A stretch of DNA of 63,709 nucleotides, counting the filler, from Lama guanicoe (taxonomy: Eukaryota): the NCBI GenBank assembly GCA_013239625.1. It is 212 parts of 212 records of this genome, joined end to end, with 100 filler letters (N's around TTAATTAATTAA, not from the genome) between each part and the next. Parts side by side here need not be neighbours in the genome. Positions count along the whole stretch, not along the records: positions 38,225 to 38,425 come from PNXV01030921.1; positions 38,526 to 38,726 come from PNXV01030922.1; positions 38,827 to 39,027 come from PNXV01030923.1; positions 39,128 to 39,328 come from PNXV01030924.1; positions 39,429 to 39,629 come from PNXV01030925.1; positions 39,730 to 39,930 come from PNXV01030926.1; positions 40,031 to 40,231 come from PNXV01030927.1; positions 40,332 to 40,532 come from PNXV01030928.1; 204 more parts are not named here. One strand, 5' to 3'. Shown piece by piece: positions 38,311 through 49,430 of the stretch. Every line of letters begins with the position of its first letter. Positions within the stretch are counted from its first letter, which is position 1. The position numbers were made by a program, and so were the translations under genes. Below the pieces are notes generated by a model, which saw nothing but the letters and a program-made list of their open reading frames with translations, had not been told where the DNA came from and searched no databases.

Positions 38311-38396
38311 TAAACTCGTTCTCCTTCGTTCCACCGTGTGTTGACTCTCAGGGTAAACTCGTTCTCCTTCGTTCCACCGTGTGTTGACTCTCAGGG
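38311..38396. repeat. Perfect 43-bp tandem duplication
   Basis: TAAACTCGTTCTCCTTCGTTCCACCGTGTGTTGACTCTCAGGG occurs at 38311-38353 and 38354-38396. Confidence 0.95.
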
Positions 38397-38826
38397 TGAC
38401 GTGGTGAGGCTGTTCCATGCCGAGCNNNNNNNNNNNNNNNNNNNNNNNNNNNNNNNNNNNNNNNNNNNNTTAATTAATTAANNNNNNNNNNNNNNNNNNN
38501 NNNNNNNNNNNNNNNNNNNNNNNNNTGGGATCCCCTTAATCCCTGCAAATGCAAAACTCCCAGCTGCACCCCAGGGGGGTCTGCAGCAGCTCCCGGCAGC
38601 TCTAGAACCCTCGAGATGGGCTGCAGTCAGCTTCCCTCCCTGGTGGGCTTGGATGGGATGAGAGGAGGGGCAGTGTGGTATGACGAAAAGGGTCTAGAAT
38701 TCAGAGGCCGGACCCTGTCCCTTCTGNNNNNNNNNNNNNNNNNNNNNNNNNNNNNNNNNNNNNNNNNNNNTTAATTAATTAANNNNNNNNNNNNNNNNNN
38801 NNNNNNNNNNNNNNNNNNNNNNNNNN

Positions 38827-39027
38827 GAATGTAGAACACAGAATATAGAATATAGAATACAGAACAGAGGAATTATAACATGGAATGCAGAACGCAGAAT
38901 ATAGAATATGAAATACACAATACAGAAGAAAGAGTGAAGAATCAAGAATGTAGAACATAGAATATAGAATAAAGAATGCAGAATACAGAACACAGAATTT
39001 AGAACATGGGATTTACAACACAGACTA
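38827..39027 (+). repeat. Degenerate heptamer (AGAATAY-type) satellite
   Basis: Tandem AGAATAT/AGAATAC/AGAACAC/AGAATGC units. Confidence 0.85.
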
Positions 39028-39127
39028 NNNNNNNNNNNNNNNNNNNNNNNNNNNNNNNNNNNNNNNNNNNNTTAATTAATTAANNNNNNNNNNNNNNNNN
39101 NNNNNNNNNNNNNNNNNNNNNNNNNNN

Positions 39128-39328
39128 AATGAATTAAATAAACATCTGGATATTTTAAACGAATAGGTTGTAATGCTTTAGCAACGAATTTTTGACACAA
39201 GGTGGGGCTGTTAGCCATACCCTGAGGCAAGACTAGCCAATGATATCGTTGCATAGGCTCTTTAAAATTTGTAGAGGGAACACTAAATGCAAATCTTTTG
39301 CAATCTTCAGGAAATAAAGGAATAGTAT
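39128..39328 (-). mobile_element. pol: Endogenous betaretrovirus (class II ERV) pol, reverse-transcriptase core fragment, open frame
   Basis: Encodes [66 protein letters not shown]. It has the betaretroviral [13 protein letters not shown] motif and ends just before the expected YMDD. Confidence 0.93.
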
Positions 39329-41254
39329 NNNNNNNNNNNNNNNNNNNNNNNNNNNNNNNNNNNNNNNNNNNNTTAATTAATTAANNNNNNNNNNNNNNNN
39401 NNNNNNNNNNNNNNNNNNNNNNNNNNNNAATCAAACTCTCAATAATATTTAGTGTTTTAATCTAGGAAAGTGGCATGTATCTCCACCCATATGGCTCATT
39501 TAAAATTTTAGTAAATTTTTAGTTCTCAATATGCAGATCTTTCATATCTTTTGTCAAATATAGGCCTATATCTTTAATATTTTTGATGCCACTATTTAGT
39601 GTTCAATTTCTTATTGTTAGTATATAAAANNNNNNNNNNNNNNNNNNNNNNNNNNNNNNNNNNNNNNNNNNNNTTAATTAATTAANNNNNNNNNNNNNNN
39701 NNNNNNNNNNNNNNNNNNNNNNNNNNNNNAGTCTTTTGCAGGTCTTTCTTGCCATGTCTCCAGCCTCTTAAGTGTTGGCATGTCCCACAGCTCATTCCTT
39801 GGAGGAATTCTCTAATCTAATGAATCTCTCATCCCTCTTCAGATGCTCTCATTTCCATGTGATATCTGTATGCCCAGATTGATATTTCCAACCAGATCTT
39901 TCTCCTGAACACTAGACAAGTATCTCTGTANNNNNNNNNNNNNNNNNNNNNNNNNNNNNNNNNNNNNNNNNNNNTTAATTAATTAANNNNNNNNNNNNNN
40001 NNNNNNNNNNNNNNNNNNNNNNNNNNNNNNAATAATTTTTTAAAAACCGGCGGTGCATGAATTGTGAGGTGGGAGGCAGCGTTCTCCAGTAAAACTCCAT
40101 TCTCTGGCAGACATTGAAGCAGCAGTTCAGAAATCCCAAATGTTCCTCCGTACACACATCGCGGGGGCCACTTGTCTCCCCATATTAGAGCTCAAACCTG
40201 CACTGTCAATAAGGAGTCTCTGAGATCCCAANNNNNNNNNNNNNNNNNNNNNNNNNNNNNNNNNNNNNNNNNNNNTTAATTAATTAANNNNNNNNNNNNN
40301 NNNNNNNNNNNNNNNNNNNNNNNNNNNNNNNTTCGTCTACATGGGGCCCGGCGGCACCTGGTAACCGCCTGTCTGCTCCCTCCGCCGTCCTGCACCCTGA
40401 CCCCCGTCACCCCCCTGTTCCTGCTGGTGTGTCAGTTCTCGGCCAGAGCCTCTCAGATTCCCGTCAGCCAGGTCATGGAGGTAGCTGCCAGGCCTGGCAT
40501 TTCTAAGCCCACTTACCCTCTTTGCTCCGTGGNNNNNNNNNNNNNNNNNNNNNNNNNNNNNNNNNNNNNNNNNNNNTTAATTAATTAANNNNNNNNNNNN
40601 NNNNNNNNNNNNNNNNNNNNNNNNNNNNNNNNGTTTGTTTTTTTCTTATTACACAATTTAAGTAAATATGCTTTTAAAAAACTGACTTGCTGCATTTTGC
40701 AAAAAAAGATGTGTGTTTTTGACTTGTATAGACAGTCCAGGTCAGTGCCTGTTCCTCCCGTCAGCCCTTGGGCACCGTCACTTTAAATCCACTTGCTGAT
40801 TCCGTCAGAGATCTTGGTACCTGGTCACCGTGGNNNNNNNNNNNNNNNNNNNNNNNNNNNNNNNNNNNNNNNNNNNNTTAATTAATTAANNNNNNNNNNN
40901 NNNNNNNNNNNNNNNNNNNNNNNNNNNNNNNNNCTTCCTGGTCCCCCCTCGTCTTCAGTCACAGGAACTTTCTGTTGCTCCCCCGTGAGCCAAGCCCCAT
41001 CCCACCCCACAGCCTCACATCTGCTCTCCTCTTGACTTGGGAGCCCTAGCCTGTATCTTCAGTGTCTGGCTTCTCGTCATCTGCCGGGTCCCTGCCACAA
41101 CATTAACTGTTCCCAGGGCACTTGCCCAACCACANNNNNNNNNNNNNNNNNNNNNNNNNNNNNNNNNNNNNNNNNNNNTTAATTAATTAANNNNNNNNNN
41201 NNNNNNNNNNNNNNNNNNNNNNNNNNNNNNNNNNGAATTTTTTGTGTGGGACCA

Positions 41255-41360
41255 GCAATTGGGTTTATTTATTTATTTTTTTTAAATGGAGGCACTGGGG
41301 ATTGAACCAGGACCTCGTGCATGCTGAGCGCACGCTCTACCACTGAGCTGCACCCTCCCC
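41255..41360 (-). mobile_element. tRNA-Ala-derived SINE (camelid Vic-1-like), next to L1 3'UTR-like sequence
   Basis: Reverse complement GGGGAGGGTGCAGCTCAGTGGTAGAGCGTGCGCTCAGCATGCACGAGGTCCTGGTTCAATCCCCAGTGCCTCCATTTAAAAAAAATAAATAAATAAA. Confidence 0.88.
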
Positions 41361-42137
41361 TTGTTACAGGACACTGAATACCGACTCCTGGGCTGTACAC
41401 TAGCAACTTGTTTACCTGCTTTCTATGTAGTGGTTNNNNNNNNNNNNNNNNNNNNNNNNNNNNNNNNNNNNNNNNNNNNTTAATTAATTAANNNNNNNNN
41501 NNNNNNNNNNNNNNNNNNNNNNNNNNNNNNNNNNNCGCAGAGCATTTGAGCCCCAGCCCTGAGGATCGGGTGTTCTGAACCACATGTGTGTGGGATGCAG
41601 GCTACGCTCCAAAGGAACCCAGGACCCAGCTCACTCCAAAGCCTCCAGAAAGGCCTGCTTGGCTGCATTAAAGCAACATCTGTATACAGCTGTTTATCCT
41701 CAGCGGTGGGGGAGTGAGGTTAGCCCTGCGGCCGCCNNNNNNNNNNNNNNNNNNNNNNNNNNNNNNNNNNNNNNNNNNNNTTAATTAATTAANNNNNNNN
41801 NNNNNNNNNNNNNNNNNNNNNNNNNNNNNNNNNNNNCGCCCCTCGGCTATGGAGCGAGGCCTGACCGCAGAGACCACGGGAAAGCAGAGTCCTTTGCCAC
41901 GCCCTGCAGCAGCTGCGCCCTCCTGGGGGCGTCTCGGGCCCCACAGGCCCCCGGCCTTCCTCCGCGAGGCCAGCTTGCCAGCCTTCGCTGCGGGGAGAAC
42001 CCAGCGCCTCTTGGCAGCTGCCACACCGGCCGGTGGANNNNNNNNNNNNNNNNNNNNNNNNNNNNNNNNNNNNNNNNNNNNTTAATTAATTAANNNNNNN
42101 NNNNNNNNNNNNNNNNNNNNNNNNNNNNNNNNNNNNN

Positions 42138-42338
42138 AGGTGCTGTATCATCTACAAGACAATGAATACCACAGATTGTCGGCTAACCTCCAGAAGCTTG
42201 TCCACTACAGCCCTCAGAAGGAACCAAGCCTCCCAACACCTTGATCTTGCACTTCTAGACTCCAGGCTAAGACAGTGCACTTGTTTCCGTGTCACCAATT
42301 TGTCCTGTTTTGTTATGGCAGCCTGAGCAAGTTAACAC
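42138..42338 (+). mobile_element. MaLR LTR (MLT1 family), 3' part
   Basis: CAGAAGCT..CAGCCCTCAGAAGGAACCAA..CCAACACCTTGATCTTGCACTTCTAGACTCCAG..TTTGTTATGGCAGCC..TAACAC. Confidence 0.85.
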
Positions 42339-45147
42339 NNNNNNNNNNNNNNNNNNNNNNNNNNNNNNNNNNNNNNNNNNNNTTAATTAATTAANNNNNN
42401 NNNNNNNNNNNNNNNNNNNNNNNNNNNNNNNNNNNNNNTACCCTTATTCTACCTTTGAGGGCATACATATAGATTATTTTCTGGAAAATGATAGTTACTG
42501 CATATGACCTGTAGAATTTGAAGACACATATCCAAACTACCCCTCATCTACTACCATCCACCCCAATCTCTCTTTTCTAAAGTGTAGCCACTTCCATACT
42601 CTTGCAAGACCAGCCTTCTCACCATGTCAGAGGATGCTCNNNNNNNNNNNNNNNNNNNNNNNNNNNNNNNNNNNNNNNNNNNNTTAATTAATTAANNNNN
42701 NNNNNNNNNNNNNNNNNNNNNNNNNNNNNNNNNNNNNNNAAAAAAAATTGATATTTTTCCAACATATTTAGTAATATGGAGATAAAATTCAGATGAATCA
42801 GCTAAGAGTTGAAAGTTTCTGCTCCTGAGGAACATGAGTCAGTGTTAGGGAGCAGGACCACTGCAGTTCTATTTGATTTTTTATACTATGATTCTTAGCT
42901 TTTCTTTGATAATAATTTTAATTAAAATGTTTTAAAAAAANNNNNNNNNNNNNNNNNNNNNNNNNNNNNNNNNNNNNNNNNNNNTTAATTAATTAANNNN
43001 NNNNNNNNNNNNNNNNNNNNNNNNNNNNNNNNNNNNNNNNTCAGTTTTTCAAATGTTACCTTACATCACTCAGGCACACTTATCAAAATTAAGAAGCCAA
43101 CTGTAGCATGTTACTATTAACTAAATTCCAGATTGGTTCAGATGTTAACAGTTTTCCCATTGGTGCATTTTTCTTTTCCAGAATCCAGTTTAGAGTACCT
43201 CATTGCATTGAGCAGTCATACCTCCTTTGTCTCTTCTTTCCNNNNNNNNNNNNNNNNNNNNNNNNNNNNNNNNNNNNNNNNNNNNTTAATTAATTAANNN
43301 NNNNNNNNNNNNNNNNNNNNNNNNNNNNNNNNNNNNNNNNNGAAGCCCTGCCCTGCCTTCCATGGTGACCACCTCTCTCTGCCCCATGCCGCCTGCCGCC
43401 CACAGCACATCCAGACTTGAACGTGGTTGGACCCCTTACCTTGTCTCCCTGGTGGCCACATCCCAGCCGCTCCTCACCCTGCCCTGGATGAAAGCACCCC
43501 TTTCCCGCTAAGCACCTCACAGGAGCTGGCTTTTGGTCTGATNNNNNNNNNNNNNNNNNNNNNNNNNNNNNNNNNNNNNNNNNNNNTTAATTAATTAANN
43601 NNNNNNNNNNNNNNNNNNNNNNNNNNNNNNNNNNNNNNNNNNTAAAGCATAGAATGTGCTTGAAGATTTTCTAAGTCACATCACCTTTCCCATCCCAGTG
43701 GTAACCATTCTGATGAATTCTACTTTTATCATTTGTTTGATGTTCTGCTAGCCTGAATTCTATGAAATTGCTAGTATTTGATCATGTTTGTTCTACACGC
43801 TAGCATTTTCATAGGATTCCCCTGAATCTTTTTATGACACCAGNNNNNNNNNNNNNNNNNNNNNNNNNNNNNNNNNNNNNNNNNNNNTTAATTAATTAAN
43901 NNNNNNNNNNNNNNNNNNNNNNNNNNNNNNNNNNNNNNNNNNNTAAGGACAGTACAAAGAGGGTTTTCCTCCGCATCATCTGAGAGTAAATCACTGGTAC
44001 AGTGCCCCGTCTCCCCAGAACACCACACACGGCCCTCCTGTGTAACCGTAATGCAGCCGTGCCCGTCGGGCAGTGAGCGCCAGCCCAGGACAGTTTCCTG
44101 CTCTTCAGACCCTGCTTGGTGGGCGCATGGTGCGCTTAGCCCCTNNNNNNNNNNNNNNNNNNNNNNNNNNNNNNNNNNNNNNNNNNNNTTAATTAATTAA
44201 NNNNNNNNNNNNNNNNNNNNNNNNNNNNNNNNNNNNNNNNNNNNATAGTACATAATATTAAAGAATTAGAAAATCTTTGTTAGGTAAGATAATCTTAAGA
44301 TAATATAAAAAAGTCATTATTTTCTAGAGCTTTCTAAAATCTGGAGTGAAATATTGTTACCTAGGCTGTTGCCCCAGAATCACACTCCTGGCTCCTCCCT
44401 CTAATGGCAACCAATTACTCTTATCTTCAGGAGGAAGCTGCAAAGNNNNNNNNNNNNNNNNNNNNNNNNNNNNNNNNNNNNNNNNNNNNTTAATTAATTA
44501 ANNNNNNNNNNNNNNNNNNNNNNNNNNNNNNNNNNNNNNNNNNNNATTTCCAAAGCTCTACAAAGACTATTTGGAAAACTGTGTACCTGAATCACCACAT
44601 TGCAATTCAGAAGATGCTTTTACAAAGCTAGAAATAATTTCATCATGTAAAGAAAAGGAGCTGAAACGGTAGGAAATGCTGTCAGTCTCCAAGGAACTAC
44701 AAAGAACGACTTCCAGAGGCTTCCTTCTGGAAAGGCAGGAAGAGTCNNNNNNNNNNNNNNNNNNNNNNNNNNNNNNNNNNNNNNNNNNNNTTAATTAATT
44801 AANNNNNNNNNNNNNNNNNNNNNNNNNNNNNNNNNNNNNNNNNNNNAGAAGGGAGGATTCTGCAGGATTTCTGGAGACCCTTCAGGATCTCTCATCCATA
44901 GAACGCGGTAGAGTAGTTCTCTGGGAAGCCCTTTAAGTGACTTCATGTGCTGAGTGTCTGAGGATGGGGATCTCAGCTGGAACAAGGATGCTGCTGGGAC
45001 AGTAGGCAAGTTGTAGGCAGGGCCTGCCCAGATTAGAGGAGGCTCAGNNNNNNNNNNNNNNNNNNNNNNNNNNNNNNNNNNNNNNNNNNNNTTAATTAAT
45101 TAANNNNNNNNNNNNNNNNNNNNNNNNNNNNNNNNNNNNNNNNNNNN

Positions 45148-45348
45148 TAACACTCCGCCCTCCCCAACAGGTGCGTGCCGTGGTCTCAGCCTTCCCAACG
45201 GGGAGCAGCTCTGCATGGCTCTAGTTTTCGGAGGTCTCTGTCCGGAAGTGGAAGTGCTGCGAGAAGCCACCACAGAGGAGCCCAGACCAACTGCCTCCCG
45301 GGGCTCCTGCCGGCGCTGCTGGGTGATGTGCTGGCTGAGCTCCAGCAG
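45148..45348. promoter_or_regulatory. Promoter-like GC-rich fragment with GC box and tandem ETS/GABP sites
   Basis: CTCCGCCC at 45153-45160 and CCGGAAGTGGAAGTG at 45242-45256. Confidence 0.4.
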
Positions 45349-46050
45349 NNNNNNNNNNNNNNNNNNNNNNNNNNNNNNNNNNNNNNNNNNNNTTAATTAA
45401 TTAANNNNNNNNNNNNNNNNNNNNNNNNNNNNNNNNNNNNNNNNNNNNCGGCCTCGTCCTTCGCCCGAGAGACAAGCCTCTGAGCAGTCCTGCCCACACC
45501 ATCTGCCTGCCTCGCCAAGACAGAGAAGGGGGCCCTCAGACACCTCTGTCCCACGTCTCCCGCAGGCGTGCTCCTCACGGTGGGAAGGAAGGAACAGTGA
45601 AGAACAAGTGGAGAATGTTAGGTGGAGGCTGACTTGTCTTACTCCTGTGNNNNNNNNNNNNNNNNNNNNNNNNNNNNNNNNNNNNNNNNNNNNTTAATTA
45701 ATTAANNNNNNNNNNNNNNNNNNNNNNNNNNNNNNNNNNNNNNNNNNNNACACTGAAGCTGTGCTCTTATGCCACCTTCTGTACGATATACAGGATGTAG
45801 AGAGAATGTGAATTGTTCATATCACAAAGAATAGAGAGAGAAAAGGAAGTGAAGACTGAGGAGGGCCTTGAGATTCTCCCTCAGCCTTCCCTCTCTCCCA
45901 GTCATCCCCTGAAGCTGCCATGTCCTAGACTTTTCTAAACACTTTGTAGANNNNNNNNNNNNNNNNNNNNNNNNNNNNNNNNNNNNNNNNNNNNTTAATT
46001 AATTAANNNNNNNNNNNNNNNNNNNNNNNNNNNNNNNNNNNNNNNNNNNN

Positions 46051-46251
46051 CTTCATGAGCTTGGCCAGAGGTTTGTCAATTTTGTTTACTCTTTCAAAAT
46101 CCAGCTCTTGGTTGACTGATTTTTTTAATCTTTATTTTATTTATTTCCTCCCTGATCCTTATTATTTCCTTCTTTCTGCTGACTTTTGGGGGGTTTTGCT
46201 CTTTTTTCTAATTCTTTTAGCTGGTGGATTAGATTGTTTATTTGAGATTGT
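46051..46251 (-). mobile_element. LINE-1 ORF2 fragment (between EN and RT)
   Basis: GAGCTTGGCCAGAGGTTTGTCAATTTTGTTTACTCTTTCAAAA..CCAGCTCTTGGTT is antisense of the KSWFFERVNKIDKPLA region. Confidence 0.88.
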
Positions 46252-46351
46252 NNNNNNNNNNNNNNNNNNNNNNNNNNNNNNNNNNNNNNNNNNNNTTAAT
46301 TAATTAANNNNNNNNNNNNNNNNNNNNNNNNNNNNNNNNNNNNNNNNNNNN

Positions 46352-46552
46352 GAGAGAAAGGACCTGAGAAAATTTTTGGAGAGATAATAACCGAAAACTT
46401 GCCCACCTTGGGAAAGGAAACAATCACCCGAGTCCTGGAAGTGCAGAGGGTACCACACAGAATCACCCCAAAGAGGAACACACCAAGGCAAATAGTCATC
46501 AAGTTGACAATTAAGGATAAGGAGAAAATATTAAAATTAGCAAGAGAAAAGC
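46352..46552 (+). mobile_element. LINE-1 ORF1 (RRM region) fragment, open frame
   Basis: Encodes EKGPEKIFGEIITENLPTLGKETITRVLEVQRVPHRITPKRNTPRQIVIKLTIKDKEKILKLAREK. Confidence 0.93.
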
Positions 46553-47555
46553 NNNNNNNNNNNNNNNNNNNNNNNNNNNNNNNNNNNNNNNNNNNNTTAA
46601 TTAATTAANNNNNNNNNNNNNNNNNNNNNNNNNNNNNNNNNNNNNNNNNNNNCAGGTGAAGAATGACTCGAATCCATTTATAATTGGTGGGGCTTCAGGG
46701 GGCTAGAAAAAGAGGCTGGGTATGAATATGAATACATGAATATATGCCCACACACTCTCTCCCTGTAGCATGTAGCTTGGAGCATCTATTGTAATATAAT
46801 ACTAGATTGGATTGTCTAGTGTGAAATTGTCATAGTTTGATGTTGATGTGAGANNNNNNNNNNNNNNNNNNNNNNNNNNNNNNNNNNNNNNNNNNNNTTA
46901 ATTAATTAANNNNNNNNNNNNNNNNNNNNNNNNNNNNNNNNNNNNNNNNNNNNGAAAGGTGGAGTAGAAATAATTTCCCCTATTTCTCCTGCTAATTAAA
47001 TCCAAAAACCTAGAAAATTTTATATAAAATATATATAAGAAGACCCTGATATATAGAGAGAAGACAGAACAGCTAAGGACATCAGGAACTGAGGACGGAA
47101 TCACATGGTGAGTTTGTTTTTCTGGGGTATGTTTGGTTTTTTTGCCTTTGCCTCNNNNNNNNNNNNNNNNNNNNNNNNNNNNNNNNNNNNNNNNNNNNTT
47201 AATTAATTAANNNNNNNNNNNNNNNNNNNNNNNNNNNNNNNNNNNNNNNNNNNNCTAGCGTTCTCAGAGCGTGTTGGTTTACTCCCTAAATACCGATGTG
47301 AGCCTTCTTCACAGACAGACTGAAACCTGTGAGTGAACTTCCTCTCGTAGAAGGATGGAGAATAAAATTGATTAGAGACTAAAAATTCTGACCCCCACCA
47401 GGAATTTTTTCCTACAACTGATTCCTCCCAATGAGATATCACTTTTTTAACAGGGNNNNNNNNNNNNNNNNNNNNNNNNNNNNNNNNNNNNNNNNNNNNT
47501 TAATTAATTAANNNNNNNNNNNNNNNNNNNNNNNNNNNNNNNNNNNNNNNNNNNN

Positions 47556-47756
47556 TCCTCACATATATGTATGTATTGCTGTTTCCAAATAAAAAGGAAC
47601 TTTTGGATCCTAACATGCAAGTTGAAGGACGGATTTCACAAACAGTTATGTCTCAGAAATGAGCATGTGGACAGACGCTCATTCTCCTAGCACAAATGGA
47701 ACGGCTTTCAGGAGAAAGATTTACTCTGGTTTCCCAGTTTGTTTCCTATTGCCGGT
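47556..47756 (+). repeat. Complex satellite (~250-bp monomer family), diverged copy spanning the monomer junction
   Basis: ATATATGTATG..GTTGAAGGACGGATTTCACA..TTATGTCTCAGAA..AGCACAAATGGAACGG..ATTTACTCTG..GTTTCCTATTGCCGGT. Confidence 0.8.
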
Positions 47757-49361
47757 NNNNNNNNNNNNNNNNNNNNNNNNNNNNNNNNNNNNNNNNNNNN
47801 TTAATTAATTAANNNNNNNNNNNNNNNNNNNNNNNNNNNNNNNNNNNNNNNNNNNNTTCTTTTATCTGTGAAAACTAATTCCAAGTAGATGACCTGTGAG
47901 GATCCCTAATCTCAGCTTTGGAAACTACTCAAGGAATAACTGACCCTTCCTGTTGACTCATAAGTGACAGAAATCCTGCTGAAGTCACCCTGAGATTCCT
48001 CTCAAGAGAAAGGAGTACTTGGTATGGTAACCATGGCTCAGGCACACCAGTTGGAAGNNNNNNNNNNNNNNNNNNNNNNNNNNNNNNNNNNNNNNNNNNN
48101 NTTAATTAATTAANNNNNNNNNNNNNNNNNNNNNNNNNNNNNNNNNNNNNNNNNNNNAAAGCCCTTGGGCACTGAGTCCTTAATGAGCATCCTCATTCAA
48201 CAGCACTTCATGGGGTGGCCACCATTCCTTGGTGAACGAGGTATGTGTGTCCTGTGTGACTCTGGGACTTTTGTGCCTGCTTCTCCTGGCCTTTTCTCCA
48301 CATGCTACATCCTTTGTTCTTTATCCTTTGTTGGAACACATCACCATTGTGAGGACGANNNNNNNNNNNNNNNNNNNNNNNNNNNNNNNNNNNNNNNNNN
48401 NNTTAATTAATTAANNNNNNNNNNNNNNNNNNNNNNNNNNNNNNNNNNNNNNNNNNNNGTGTAGAAGTGATACTTTTCATTATAATATTATAAATTAAAA
48501 ATTTTTTTGATTGACTAATTGGAATTCTTCTCAAAACAGACCATAAGATGGGCTGAAGAATAAGAATTGACATGAAAAATATTTTCTCCTCTAGGCACAG
48601 AAAACTTGGGTCCTAGTACTAGTTCTATAATTACCCGTGACTTTGAGTCAGCTATTTCCNNNNNNNNNNNNNNNNNNNNNNNNNNNNNNNNNNNNNNNNN
48701 NNNTTAATTAATTAANNNNNNNNNNNNNNNNNNNNNNNNNNNNNNNNNNNNNNNNNNNNTAGAAATTCATTGGTTCATTAAACTCTCTCAAGTTGGCCCT
48801 ATCTGAGTTAGTTCCCTACCTGCCCAGGTCCAGGTCTGCTCTTCCTCATTCCCCTGGCCTCCATGCCTGCTTGACTTCCTTTCTCAAATACAATCTATCT
48901 CTTCCTTCAACTCCTAATGTTCTCTCAGGCATCAAGATCCTTTTGACTCAATCAGTACAANNNNNNNNNNNNNNNNNNNNNNNNNNNNNNNNNNNNNNNN
49001 NNNNTTAATTAATTAANNNNNNNNNNNNNNNNNNNNNNNNNNNNNNNNNNNNNNNNNNNNGGGAGTTGTGAGGATTTAGACAGTTAACTATCTAAAAATA
49101 CCAAGCATCATAAACATTGATGATTGTTGCATTTGAGATTATAAACTTCTTAATCAAGTTCATGTCTGTATTTTTAATAGAAATACAATATGATAATATT
49201 ATATAATATGATTTATAAAGCATCCAAATTATCCAAAAAAATATGCTAAAATGTTGACCAANNNNNNNNNNNNNNNNNNNNNNNNNNNNNNNNNNNNNNN
49301 NNNNNTTAATTAATTAANNNNNNNNNNNNNNNNNNNNNNNNNNNNNNNNNNNNNNNNNNNN

Positions 49362-49430
49362 AATGCGCATCTTTAAATCCTTAGGCAATGCTGAAGCTGC
49401 TGTCAAGGGCGCATTGAGAACCACTGATTC
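49362..49430. mobile_element. MER5A-like hAT MITE end
   Basis: TGCGCATCTTTAAA..AGGCAATGCTGAAGCTGCTG..TTGAGAACCACTG. Confidence 0.55.

Noticed and set aside
3011..39328. Gene cluster linking PDGFC, ORs, PKHD1, an ANKRD26-like gene and an ERV
   Set aside because: Each lies on a separate unplaced contig, so their proximity is arbitrary.
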